From Octopus sinensis (Eukaryota): a DNA stretch of 64,000 nt. The notes beneath the pieces were generated by a model. It worked only from the letters and a program-made list of their open reading frames with translations, did not search any database and was not told the DNA's origin. Positions 12,775 through 25,175 of this stretch are shown in pieces; the first letter of the stretch is position 1; each line of letters opens with the position of its first letter. The DNA lies in NCBI RefSeq assembly GCF_006345805.1, contig NC_042998.1, forward strand, positions 104,408,001 to 104,472,000, written 5' to 3'. Made by a program: the position numbers and the translations under genes.

Positions 12775-13154
12775 ACTTTCATAAGTTAGGGGAGGGGGTC
12801 CATTCGATTAGATCGACCCCAAAGCGCAACTGATACTTAATTTATCGACTCCGAAAGGATGAAAGGCGAAGCCGACCGCGGCGGAATTTGAACTCAGAAC
12901 GTAAAGACAGACGAAATACCTATTTCTTTACTACCCACAAGGGGCTAAACACAGAGGGGACAAACAAGGACAGACAAACGGATTAAGTCGGTTACATCGA
13001 CACCAGTGCGTAACTGGTACTTAATTTATCGACCCCGAAAGGATGAAAGGCAAAGTCGACCTCGGCGGAATTTGAACTCAGAACGTAAAGACAGACGAAA
13101 TACCGCTAAGCATTTCGCCCGGCGTGCTAACGTTTCTGTCAGCTCGCCGCCTTA
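12775..13154 (-). mobile_element. tRNA-derived SINE family A, dimeric arrangement
   Basis: Reverse complement: GGCGGCGAGCTGACAGAAACGTTAGCAC (A box), GAGTTCAAATTCC (B box), body, linker, then a second 5'-truncated monomer starting at GGTATTTCGTC (junction 12920/12921). Confidence 0.88.
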
Positions 13155-13507
13155 TACGTATACATATTGACACACATTTGTAGCAATTATGGTAGACACG
13201 CAATTTAAAGATGCCATCAGCGTGCAAAAAGAAAAAAAACAAAACAAGAAACATAGAAAATTGTATATGTATATTCCGATGTTATGGTGTGGGATCAGTG
13301 CCACATGAATGCGCAGTATTTATACATTGGCCGACATAGAAAAATAAAGAAGTAATATATAATCTTGTGCATTTACTGCTTCGTTTATCACTAATTCGGT
13401 ATGTGGAACACCATACTTCGCTGTGATATTAAGACGAAAGGTTGTCCCTTGTATTTATTGAAATAATTAAATAATTAATTAATCAATATTTCTTTCTTTT
13501 TTGTTAG

Positions 13508-13853
13508 ATATATCATCGTTAAACGCGCCAATAAGAATGGTGTTATATTGGAGTGGCAGTCCGATCTGTCCAAGAGCGAAGTGCTTCGGCAGATACTCAG
13601 CCCTCTATTCTAATGTAAATTACCATCTGACCACACATCCTGCGACCAAAGTCTTACTTTCACTATCACACACAAGCATTTCACTTAGTCTCTCCCGCAC
13701 CTTATCTACACCATACAGCTTTCAAAATTCTTGTCCATCGTACTACGCTTGAAAAACCATCATCCTTACCCTTTCTACTGTTTTCTATTTTCTTTCCAGA
13801 GAAATCTACAAAAAGTTTACAGGCGTGGCTGTGGGCACCAGGATGAGCTGTGA
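13508..13853 (+). other. Candidate two-exon segment (13508-13614 and 13800-13853), unassigned
   Basis: Two strong polypyrimidine-AG acceptors (ending 13507 and 13799) and a GTAAAT donor at 13615. Spliced frame gives ISSLNAPIRMVLYWSGSPICPRAKCFGRYSALYSN-RNLQKVYRRGCGHQDEL*. No recognised homology. Confidence 0.2.
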
Positions 13854-14716
13854 CTATACAATCATACACGTTGATTACGTTGGATCCTATTTCGCCAGCC
13901 CTTATTTCATCGATTGTATTAGTGACGTTTCCCTAACTATGAACAACTCATTTACTTAACCATTTTCGTGGACTCTTTCCACCCTACCTTAGAACTCCCC
14001 TCTATTGTCTCTACCACTCTTATTAACTTCTCGGATATCTCTTTTTTGGTTGACCATCCCACCGTCTCCTTTTTTCTCCTTCTAGAACCACCGATTCTCA
14101 CTTCTATCTCGACTCCACCTCACTCTGTTACAGTTAATGAAAAACAAATCTTAGAATGTAACAAGATGGTCTTGCAGACATGGAAAAATAAAAGCTGTTT
14201 GATTTGACAAATGAGCAACATGCTAAAAGATACAAAGATAGCAATTTTAACTTCGTAATTGGATTGGTTGTTGTGAAAATAATGTCGTACGATAGAGACA
14301 AAGGAAAACCAGACGTTACATGATAGTTACAGCAACAAAGGAAGCTGTTGGTAAATGCAGAACTAAAAAAGAAACAGAAACATTAAAAGCACTTGGAAAC
14401 ACGTTGAAATGTCTGGTGAAACATTCAAAGATATCATCAAAGACATATAACTCTCATTCAAGGAAGCAAGAGATTCACAAGAAAAAATCAAGAGTTTCGC
14501 GAAAAAAGAAAAAAGAGCAACTAGTAAATTAAACAATTAATTGCATATCTACATGGGACTACTTTTTAATGTTAACGACCAAGACATTCTTTGTGCGCTT
14601 GGCTATATCATCATCACTCCTGATGTGCAAGATGATTTTACATGAGTACTGTCAACTCGTCGCATCAAATTAAGATGTTGGTCTGCATCTCCTACACCTA
14701 GAGAAGGCAATCTCTA

Positions 14717-15114
14717 GGTGTAGGAGTGGCTGTGTGGTAAGTAGCTTGCTAACCAACCACATGGTTCCGGGTTCAGTCCCACTGCGTGGCATCTTGGGCA
14801 AGTGTCTTCTGCTATAGCCCCGGGCCGACCAATGCCTTGTGAGTGGATTTGGTAGACGGAAACTGAAAGAAGCCTGTCGTATATATGTATATATATGTGT
14901 GTGTGTGTGTGTGTCTGTGTTTGTCCCCCTTGCATTGCTTAACAACCGACGCTGGTGTGTTTACGTACCCGTCACCTAGCGGTTCGGCAAAAGAGACCGA
15001 TAGAATAAGTACTGGGCTTACAAAGAATAAGTCCCGGGGTCGATTTGCTCGACTAAAGGCGGTGCTCCAGCATGGCCGCAGTCAAATGACTGAAACAAGT
15101 AAAAGAGTAAAGAG
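14717..15114 (+). mobile_element. SINE family B, full length
   Basis: GGTGTAGGAGTGGCTGTGTGGTAAG head, GGTTCCGGGTTCAGTCC B-box region, TTGGGCAAGTGTCTT core, internal (TA)/(TG), GTAAAAGAGTAAAGAGT tail. Confidence 0.92.
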
Positions 15115-16139
15115 TAATCTACGTGATCTTACAAATCGCATTAGATTCACAGGAAACTGCTGCTGGTATTGCTGAATCTAATAACCAGATCGATCTCCCT
15201 GGCGCATCCCTAGTCCTCAATAAAATTGATGCTATCTTGGCAGCTATATTTGCTATGCACACTGTGTTATCCATAACGTTCCTTCAGCGATCTTAGACGA
15301 ATAAACAGTGCATCTCAGGAGTAAAATGCAATATGAGGATACTAAATACCGAGTGAAAGTTAGCCGGCATGTCAGTTGGCAAAAATGTTGACAGTATAAT
15401 TATTTTTGTTGCTAAGAAAAGCTGAAAGCTATTTTTTTAACCCTTGATTAATGTCTGATTCGTGATATGCATGGGCGATTGCTAAAAATGAGATTTTATT
15501 TTCTAGAAAGCTGGTGTATATTTTTTATTTTGAATTTTTTAGAGTTTATTTAAATTCTTCGGTCGGGAAAAAATAAATTCTACCAGTCGCTAATAAGGCC
15601 GAAATAACTCTTTTATATTTTACAAAACGGTATTAGAATATCTGTAAATATGAATACGCATGTATGAATGTGTGTATGTGTGGATATACACAAATATATG
15701 GTGAGAGTGTGAGTGAGAGTGTGGGTGTGTGTCTTCTTGCAGATTTGTTAGCATCCCTGCTATAAATATGCTTGTGTCTCTCATGCGGAATCAAAAGAGA
15801 CAGATATACATGTACGTGTGTGTATATATGCATGTATGGATGTACATATGTACGTACGCATGTATGTATGTATGTATGTATGTATGAATATACATATGCA
15901 TTTTTGTATGTATCTGCATGTGTGTCGGTATGTATGCATGTTTACGTATATGTATCCAAGTATGTGTGCAATATTTGTGTGTATACATCACTGATTACCA
16001 AAAAAATATTTATAAAGAAGTTTGTCTGAGGTTTGCATACGATAAGTATATCTGTATTTGAGGTGAGTAACTTCCTTTCTATAACTTAACTACCTACCTC
16101 CTTTACCTACCAAAAAATCCCTCCCTCCATCCATCCATC

Positions 16140-16258
<119 letters not shown>

Positions 16259-16501
16259 TGCAACTTCCCCTAATTAACGTTTGTCTTATGTATTCAAACT
16301 TAAAATACATATATATACATGCATATACTTACATAGACACACAAAAATGCACACACACACACACATACACAAACACCTACATACACATCATGAACCCTTT
16401 TAATCTTCCAATTTTCCTTGCCCACAAAAATTATAAATAAGACATTCACATGACAGCACATTCACGCAAAGAAATATAATTAAGACGATACACACACACA
16501 T

Positions 16502-16572
<71 letters not shown>

Positions 16573-17097
16573 AGCTAACAGTCATTGTCCCTAGAGCTGT
16601 GCCCTTAAAATTACTTCCTTTCCAATCCTTTATATATTTGACTTTCAGTTTTGTCTTCTTAACCCGCTTCCATATTTTCATATCATTCTCTTTGCTTTTA
16701 TTTTTATTTTTTAACGTTTCCTTTTTCTTATCTTTCACTTTGTTCGTTTCTTTCTATATTTTCCTTATAATTTAGCCATACACTAAAAAGTCAACTGAGC
16801 AATCGGCCTCCCCCTCTCTCTCTTTCTCTCTCTCCCTCTCTTTCTCTCTCATACACTCGGTATAAATTTCTGGTCCTTGATATTTCACTTCCTTTACATC
16901 GTCCACATTTTTAGGGTTTATACACACACACACATGTATATATAATATATAATATATAATATATAACATATATATATATGTACAAATTATACTTTTTGAA
17001 ATTTGGTTTACTATTTTTCCCTGTAAGTTTGGAATAATATTCCCTCGTATTATTACTATATAATAATAATAATAACAATAATAATAATAATAATAAT

Positions 17098-17731
17098 ATT
17101 AGAGTATCTCAACAGGCACGATAGAGCTGCACAATATATTCACTGGGTAATCTGTAAAAACCTGGATTTGCCCCATGAAAAAAACTGGTGGGAACACAAA
17201 CCACCCCCAGTGCTTGAAAATGACCACATCTCACTCCTCCGGAACTTCACCATTCAAACTGACAGAAAGATAGATGCAAATAGGCCAGACATCATATTGA
17301 AAGACTTCAAACAAAGAACATGCCTCCTCATTGATATGTCCCAATCGATATAAACATACCTGTCAAGACCTACCAAAAACTGAGCAAATATAAAGATCTT
17401 GAAATAGAAATCAGCAAAATGTGGAAGCTGAAGACTAAAACAATACCTGTTGTCATAGGTGCCCTGGGAATGATAGCAAAAGGGGCTGATAGCTACCTAA
17501 CTCAGATACCAGGAAACCCAAAAATGGCAGAAATTCAAAAGATAGTGCTCATGGGAACTGCTCATATCCTACGCAAAATACTTTCTATGTAATCTCAAGG
17601 TTTAAAACAAACATAATTTTCGGTTTAAAAAAAAAAAAAACAACTTTTTTTAGACATTCATTAGTACAACACCCCCCCCTCCCAAATATATGGCACACTA
17701 GGCATAACAACAACATGAACTTCCAACCCTA

Positions 17732-17732
<1 letters not shown>
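17098..17732 (+). mobile_element. 5'-truncated Dong/R4-type RLE LINE inserted in (AAT)n
   Basis: YLNRHDRAAQYIHWVICK...TIQTDRKIDANRPDIILKD...LLID..(frameshift)..KYKDLEIEISKMWKLKTKTIPVVIGALG...GTAHILRKILSM* (stop ~17592). (AAT)n on both sides (17059-17097, 17733-17780). Confidence 0.9.
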
Positions 17733-17781
<49 letters not shown>

Positions 17782-18026
17782 TGAGGGGATATTATTCCAA
17801 ACTTACAGGGAAAAATTCAATTTAGAAATACTAAATCAAATTTCACAAAATATTACATATATACATATATAACTTAGACAAAAACTACCTTTTATCAATT
17901 CAATAATGAAAAATTTAGAAAAATTACATATTATAGAAAGATTAAATATAAGATAAAACATATAACAATGATAAAGTAATGTGCAAAATAATAAATAAAA
18001 CGTATATAATATATATTATATATAAT

Positions 18027-18075
<49 letters not shown>

Positions 18076-18249
18076 TATAATGTATATATATATATATATG
18101 TATGTATGTGTATGTATGTATGTATGTATGTATGTATGTATGTATGCATGTATATATGAATATATGTATGTATGTATATGTATACATTCACACAGACGCA
18201 AACACGCATACATACATATATACATTCGCCATGATTGATTACTAGCCAC

Positions 18250-18430
18250 TAAATCCTTTTTTTGAAATTTTCTCTTTCTGTTTATTTCTGTATTCTTTTC
18301 TGTTGAAGATCGTAGGCTCGAAACATAAAGGACTTTCTCACTTCCCGAGCGTTAAAGAAATATATATGTTGTTTACACACGTCTTCGTCTTTTGTTTTGC
18401 TTGTCTTTTTGTAAATTTCAACTACATATT
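18250..18430 (+). mobile_element. Short pLTR-like repeat with degenerate hammerhead-like motif at ~18293-18334
   Basis: TTTT-CTGTTGA-A-GAT cgtagg CTC-GAAAC-ATA-AAGG. The core deviates (A6U, mismatch in stem II, G16.2A). Confidence 0.45.
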
Positions 18431-18482
18431 TACATATATACATACATACATACATACATACATACATACATACATACATACA

Positions 18483-18516
<34 letters not shown>

Positions 18517-19157
18517 CTTATATACATAAATTTCTGCATTCAAGCGAAATGGGTTCTTAAATAGTAAAGCACCAAGGTCAAGGAAATCGCTATCATATAC
18601 AAACAATACCTGAAGACAAATGCGTATTTATACTCCGGTTGTGCATATAATCACAAACGGCCGACTGGATATACGAGTCTCCGTTTTGCACCAAATCATG
18701 GCAGCCACCAGTGTGAAAATAATTTCAATACGGAGCAAATACGCAAATACGCAGACTTCAATATGATAGGGTTGGGGCTCTCCATCATGATAACGCGTGC
18801 TGAGGAAGGTGAGGCTATAGTTCCAGTCCAGAAACCGGTCCACCTGAGTCCAAATACTTGAATGTATGCTGATAGATTGTCTTAGCCCGTTTGCCTTCGG
18901 ATGATTGATTTCTGTAGATATTATTAGAGTATTTTGGCGATTTAAGTAAGAGTTTTGACTGTTGTTTCTAGCAGGCAGATATACTTAGTCTTCCGCTAAT
19001 TAATTTTAATCCTTCAGCTATTTAATGCTTTTCTAGGCCTGCAATCGCCTATATTATTGATTCTGTTATTATTATTTTTTAATTGTTACACTAGATAATA
19101 ATAGAGGCAATGATATCTTCGCAATACTTTCTCCTGAATTATTTGCTCCGTATTGAA

Positions 19158-19257
<100 letters not shown>

Positions 19258-19384
19258 GATTTGTATGTGTGTGTGTTAAAAACTAGTATTCAATGGCAGG
19301 AATGCCACTGTATTCCATATTTATCAGCAAATTATGTCATCAGAGCTATTAGCTAACGAAAATCCGGGCGGTATATATCTTCTC

Positions 19385-19797
19385 AAACCATATTCTTTTC
19401 TCCTCTAGGCACAAAGCCCGAAATTTTTTGGGGGGAGGGGAAGGCAGTCGATTAGATCGACCCCAGTTCGCACTGGTACTTAATTTATCGATCCCGAAAG
19501 GATGAAAGGTGAAGTCAACCTCGGCGGAATTAGAACTGAGAACGTTTAGACAGACGAAATACATATTTCTTTACTATCCACAAGGGGCTAAACACAGAGA
19601 GGACAAAAAAGGACAGACAAACGGATTAAGTCGATTAGGTTGACCCCAGTGCATAACTGGTACTTATTTAATCGACCCCGAAAGGATGAAAGGCAAAGTC
19701 GATCTCGGCGGAATTTGAACTCAGAACGTATCGGCAGACGAAATACCGCTAAGCATTTCGCTCGGCGTGCTAACGTTTCTGCCAGCTCACCGCCTTA
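19385..19797 (-). mobile_element. SINE family A, dimeric arrangement
   Basis: Same layout and junction (19563/19564) as 12775-13154. Confidence 0.88.
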
Positions 19798-20324
19798 AAC
19801 CAACTTACATATTAAACATATCTTTGGCAGCTTGTAGGTATATAGTAATAGCTAGCAGTGATATCGTATTTTGCTTTGCAACTATAACACACTATCAAGT
19901 ACAAAGTGTTACAAGTCAATACTAACTCCTACTTTTTGTGATAGCGGTGCGTTGTTTTCATTTTAAAGTTTATCATATCTATAAAAGGCAAGATGTGTGT
20001 GTGCGTGCGCGCGCGCGTGTGTGTGTGTGTATGTGTGTATGTGTGTGTGTGTGTGTGTGTACGTGATTGTAATTTATGCACGTCCACAAATTAGCACGCA
20101 TGTCGCTCCAATTTTAGGAGGACATTCGTCAACATTCTATCTGGGTTTTGTCAACTTATTTTTTCCCGTGGCACCCGCGGATACCGGGAAAAATCTATTT
20201 TCAGACATAGGTTTTAGTCATAAATAATATCAGTCATTGCTTTTTTGACGGTGTCTAACAAAAAAAGATAAAGAAAAGTGGAAGAAGGAGGCAGAGAGTT
20301 TCACGGGAAAGACAAAGTGAGAGA

Positions 20325-20387
<63 letters not shown>

Positions 20388-21669
20388 TAAGTGATAACGT
20401 TCATAAAAAATAAAATGTAAAATGTTTTGTTTTTTGTTTTTGAAAGACACTATATTTTATAATCATAGTATATATACTTTCTCACACAACAATTACAATA
20501 TACTGCGTTCCCTTTTGTTTGTTTGTGCGCATGTATGTGGGTCAGTGTGTGTGTGTGTGTGCTTATACAAGCACGCATGTACGTATGTATGTGTCTGTGT
20601 GTTTGCATGTGTTTGTATGTTAGATATGTAAATAAAGAGATCAATATACAGACAGATAGGTATAAAGACTATATGAACAGACATATAGAGACACGGATCC
20701 ACACATATAAAGATGCACATCCATACATACAAACATGGTACATAGTTACATAGCAAACGCACACACAGATATGCACACACAAGGAGACAGAGGTGAATAT
20801 ATATACAAACACATGCTCACACACACATGCATAGAAAATACACAAACACGGACAAGCAAGCACATAAATATGCAAGATATGTACATAAAGATGCACACAC
20901 ATACATACATATATGCATATGCATACACACACATATATACATACAAACGCATGCAAACACACGCACACACACATACATACGTACATGCGTGCATGTATAG
21001 GCACACACACTGACCCACACACATGCGCACAAACAAACAAAAGGGAACGCCGTGTAAATAACAGACAGAGTCAAAACTATTGAAAAGGTTGCAAGACGCA
21101 TCGAAACTTTTAGGAAAATAAAAATAAGAATTAAGTGGAAATTTTACCGGTGAGTGTGTTAAATAATAAGGCACAAAAAGAAAATGACTCTCCCCAGACA
21201 CAACAGAATATGCTTCAACACACGAACTCATATAAAGCATCTTGCAAACCAAATCCCAAAACGAATTACAATATATTTATTTAAAATCATTTATTTATTT
21301 TAAATCGTTCGTCTTTCTCCCCCTCTCTCTCACACACACATTACTTTGGGTGCGAAAGAGTTTTGTTTTTATTTTACGCCGAATAAAACATTTATTTAAC
21401 AACAAAGAAACAAAGAGGTGAGTAACAATTTATCAGTGAATTACACAATATAAATGGATACAATTGATACAAAAATGAAAACAAGAAACTGCTAACACAA
21501 AAAGTAGGACGCAATATTGGATTATAAAACTTTAATATACCTGGTAGTATAACATGGTGGCAAAACGAAATACTGTATCCCTATCAGCAATTAATATATA
21601 CATACATACATACATACATACATACATACATACATACATACATACATACATACAACATACATACATACA

Positions 21670-21782
<113 letters not shown>

Positions 21783-21986
21783 CATACATACATTACGTGG
21801 TGCTCCAGTATGGCCGCAGTCAAATGACTGAATCAAGTAAAAGAATAACAGAATATATATATGTATGTGTGTGTGCATATATATATGTATGTATGTATAT
21901 ATATATATATTATAATATATATATATATATTATATATATATATATTAATATATATATATATACGTGTGTGTGTGTTTGTGTACGGC

Positions 21987-22041
21987 GTACATTACAATGA
22001 ATATTTCTTACAAGACGCGAAACCGGTTTGTAATTATGTAC
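21987..22041 (+). ncRNA. Candidate type I hammerhead with A3-U8 core
   Basis: Helix I ATTACA/TGTAAT plus GTAC/GTAC; core ATGAATA; GAAAC-CG-GTT; stem II weak. Confidence 0.35.
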
Positions 22042-22377
22042 TTCAGAACATTTAATTACGTTCTTTTGTAATTGTGTGCAATGAAAATGTCTAATCGTAC
22101 ATTCTGAAATGATTTTGATGTAAAAATGTGCTTAGGAATACGTAATATTGAACTGAGTTAATTTTAGTAATGATATGATATTTTGGAGTCTGTAATAATG
22201 TATTTTGAAATAATTTCATGTTGATCTGTTTTTCAATACACATTATTGTAAGTTGAAATGATCTGCTTAAATGATATACTTTAGCATTAATTAACTGCAA
22301 TATGAATACAGGAGCGCGTTTCCCTTTTATTTTACCATACTTCTCGACTTGCATGGAATATTTTTCAAACATACACT

Positions 22378-22461
<84 letters not shown>

Positions 22462-22649
22462 TGTGTTATGATATGTTGTTTGTGCCAATAAATAGTTTTT
22501 GAGATATTTCTCAACATATAAAACTATTAGTGGCACTTAAAGGCATGTATTGTGTCCTTTAAATAAATAATATCTATCTCTCGCCAGATGGTATTTTTAG
22601 CTAATCAGTAGTTTTTCTTTTTTTTTTTTTGCTGATTCCTCAATCACAG

Positions 22650-22858
22650 AACTTGCGTGTGTATCGTTGGCGATTTTCTTTCTCCGTCTTCCCTTCCTTG
22701 GACTTTTTCTTTTTTCTATATTTCTGACGAAGAGCTCCGCTCGAAACGTTAAATCCTCCTTCTTTCTTTCCTTTCCTGAGCGTCCAATAACACTATACTT
22801 GTTCCCCACGTCCTCGCGTTGTTGTGTTTCCTCTTTGTTCATGTTTGAATTAACTATA
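22650..22858 (+). mobile_element. ~200-bp Penelope pLTR-like non-autonomous repeat (paralogue at 53092-53292)
   Basis: Aligns along its length with the reverse complement of 53092-53292; ends in (TA)n; carries a hammerhead motif. Confidence 0.7.
22720..22754 (+). ncRNA. Minimal type I hammerhead ribozyme, canonical core
   Basis: ATTT-CTGACGA-A-GAG ctccg CTC-GAAACGTT-AAAT: intact CUGANGA and GAAA, 3-bp stem II, palindromic AACGTT helix III, helix I ATTT/AAAT. Confidence 0.7.
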
Positions 22859-22884
22859 TTATATATATATATTTATATATATTA

Positions 22885-22919
<35 letters not shown>

Positions 22920-23176
22920 GCATACATACATGATTACACACACGTATGTGTGAGTGTATACATGTATGTATGTACCGACAGTCTTGGGTAAATGACACTC
23001 ATACACAGATATGCGCACACTCATACAAAAAAAAGACATAGATTCATTTGGATTAGTTTATTGCAGATAAAATGAGAAACAAGGAAATGGTTAAATGACA
23101 GGAAATGATTCATTGAGACGGATTAAAATACACTTCATAACTACATAATGAAGTAAGAATAACATATAAGTTAGTA

Positions 23177-23398
23177 CAGTAACCCCTCGGCTATCGCGGG
23201 TGTTACATTCCAAACCCCACCACGATAGGTGAAAATCTGCGAGATAGATACAGTAATGTACTGTATATATATTTTTATTATTTTATTATTTTTGTAATAT
23301 GTATATATTTATTTTATTATAAATGCAAAACAACACCACGACGTAAACTTAAATAATAAACTGCGATAGGTGAACCACGATGTGGCGAGGGATTACTA
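23177..23398. mobile_element. pogo/Tigger-like MITE (family of 57162-57633)
   Basis: TA-CAGTAACCCCTCG left end and CGAGGGATTACT right end; shared GCGATAGGTGAACC subterminal motif. Confidence 0.7.
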
Positions 23399-23589
23399 AG
23401 TCAATACTTTGGTAAAATTCCTTGGTGTATAGCATTTAGTTATGGATATTCACACATTAAAATTACACTCTACAGTGGTCGACTGTGTCTGGAGTAGAAA
23501 TCAGTATAGTCACTGTAATCAGATTGGTTGGGAAGTCAGACTGATGCGCAATTTTCAAATGCCGTTTCATGATTTGAATTCTCGCTCAG

Positions 23590-23865
23590 CAGAACACAGC
23601 TTGTCATTTGTACAGGTGTAGCAAAAGTGCGTGATTTAATGGATCGTAAGGTTTTGAGTTGGGTTCCCGGCAGCTCACTGTGTCCTTGAGCAAGACACTT
23701 TATTCTACGTTGCTCCAGTTCACCCAGCTGGCAAAAATGAGTGGTACCTGTCATTCAAACGACCAGCCTTGTTACATTCTATGTCACGCCTAATCTCCCT
23801 GAGAACTACGTTAAGGGTACGTGTGTCTGAGGAGTGCTCAGCCATTTGCACGTTAATTTAACGAA
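23590..23865 (+). mobile_element. SINE family C (degenerate head, clear body)
   Basis: CTCCCTGAGAACTACGTTAAGGGTAC..GAGTGCTCAGCCATTTGCACGTTAATTT matches the reverse complement of 8420-8500. Confidence 0.7.
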
Positions 23866-23974
23866 AGTGTATTTAGGTACGGGAGCATATATGTGTGAAG
23901 ATTTATGTCAAATGTGTGTTGATGTATGTATATGTGTGAAAGAGCGATAAAAAGACTATAGTTGACAGAAACTT

Positions 23975-24420
23975 TGGTTTCAAATTTTGGCACAGGGCCA
24001 GCAATTTTAGGAGAGGGGTAAGTCGTTTCCATCGAATCTAGTATTCAACTGGTATTTATTGTATCGACCCGAAGAAATGAAAGGCAAAGTCGACCTCGGT
24101 GGAATTTGAACACAGAACGTGAAGACGGACGAAATGCCGCTATGTCTTTTGCCCTGTGTGCTAACTATTCCGCCAGTTCGCCGCCCTAAAGCTGACAAAA
24201 AGATATTGATTTCAAATTTTGGTACAAGTCCAGCAATTTTAGAGGAAAGGTTAGTCAATTACATTTGACTCCAGTGTTCAGCTTGTACTTAGTTATCGAT
24301 CCCGAGAGAATGAAAGGTGAAGTCGACCTCGGCGCAATTTGAACGTAGAGACGGACATTTTGTAAATACTGCTAAGTATTTTGCTCCGCGCGGTATCGAT
24401 TCTGCCAGCTTGCCGCCCTG
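23975..24420 (-). mobile_element. Two adjacent SINE family A copies (23975-24190, 24205-24420)
   Basis: Each has GAAAGGCAAAGTCGACCTCGGYGGAATTTGAAC and ends at the head, read on + as CCAG(T/C)TYGCCGCCCT. Confidence 0.8.
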
Positions 24421-24869
24421 TAGCTGACAGAAACATTAAAAAAAACAAAACAAAACAAAACAGAAAAAAACACATTATAAACTGTCTTGGACTGTTCATC
24501 AAATATATACACGTACACACACACGGAGTAGTGCATTGAACAAATTACCTTGAGGTGAGTACGTTTCTTTACGCTCTACTTTCAAATCCTATGAGAATCA
24601 ATACTGCTTTTCATCTTTCTCCTGAGTTGATATTTTAATATTGTTAGTATCGAGATCGATTTAATTAACTCTGATCAACTCCAAGATCTTTGACTTTGTC
24701 TCTATATCAAAAATCAATATTTTATTTAATTTCAAGGAATGGTGATTTGTTTAACATCAGGTTAGCCTTGATCAAGAAGATCTATGCTCAATGGCATACC
24801 AACAGTGACATTCCAGTCTATAAATGGTATTTAGCACAAGATGATCTCATGTATTTTGTATCTTTTACT

Positions 24870-25175
24870 TGTTTTAGTTGTTAGACTGCAGCCATGACAT
24901 GGCACCGCCTTGAATGGTTTCTGTCGAGGGAATCGGCCCCAGTATTGTTTAGAACCTGGTACTTATTGTATCGATCTCTAATGCTGAGCCACTAAGTTAG
25001 GAAAATGTGGTTTTGAAGCAGTGCATGCCACTATAGTAAGAAGTTTGCTTCCCAACCACATGGTTCTGGAATCAGTCCCACTGCGCAGTACCTTGGACAA
25101 GTGTCTTCTACTATAACCCTGTGAGTGGATTTGTGGATTTGGTAGACGGAAACTGAAAGAATCCCATTGTATATA
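24870..25175. mobile_element. SINE family B fragments in opposite orientations (3' part on -, 5' part on +)
   Basis: CTGCAGCCATG...CACCGCCTT on - and TAGTAAGAAGTTTGCTTCCCAACCACATGG...GACGGAAACTGAAAGAA on +. Confidence 0.7.
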
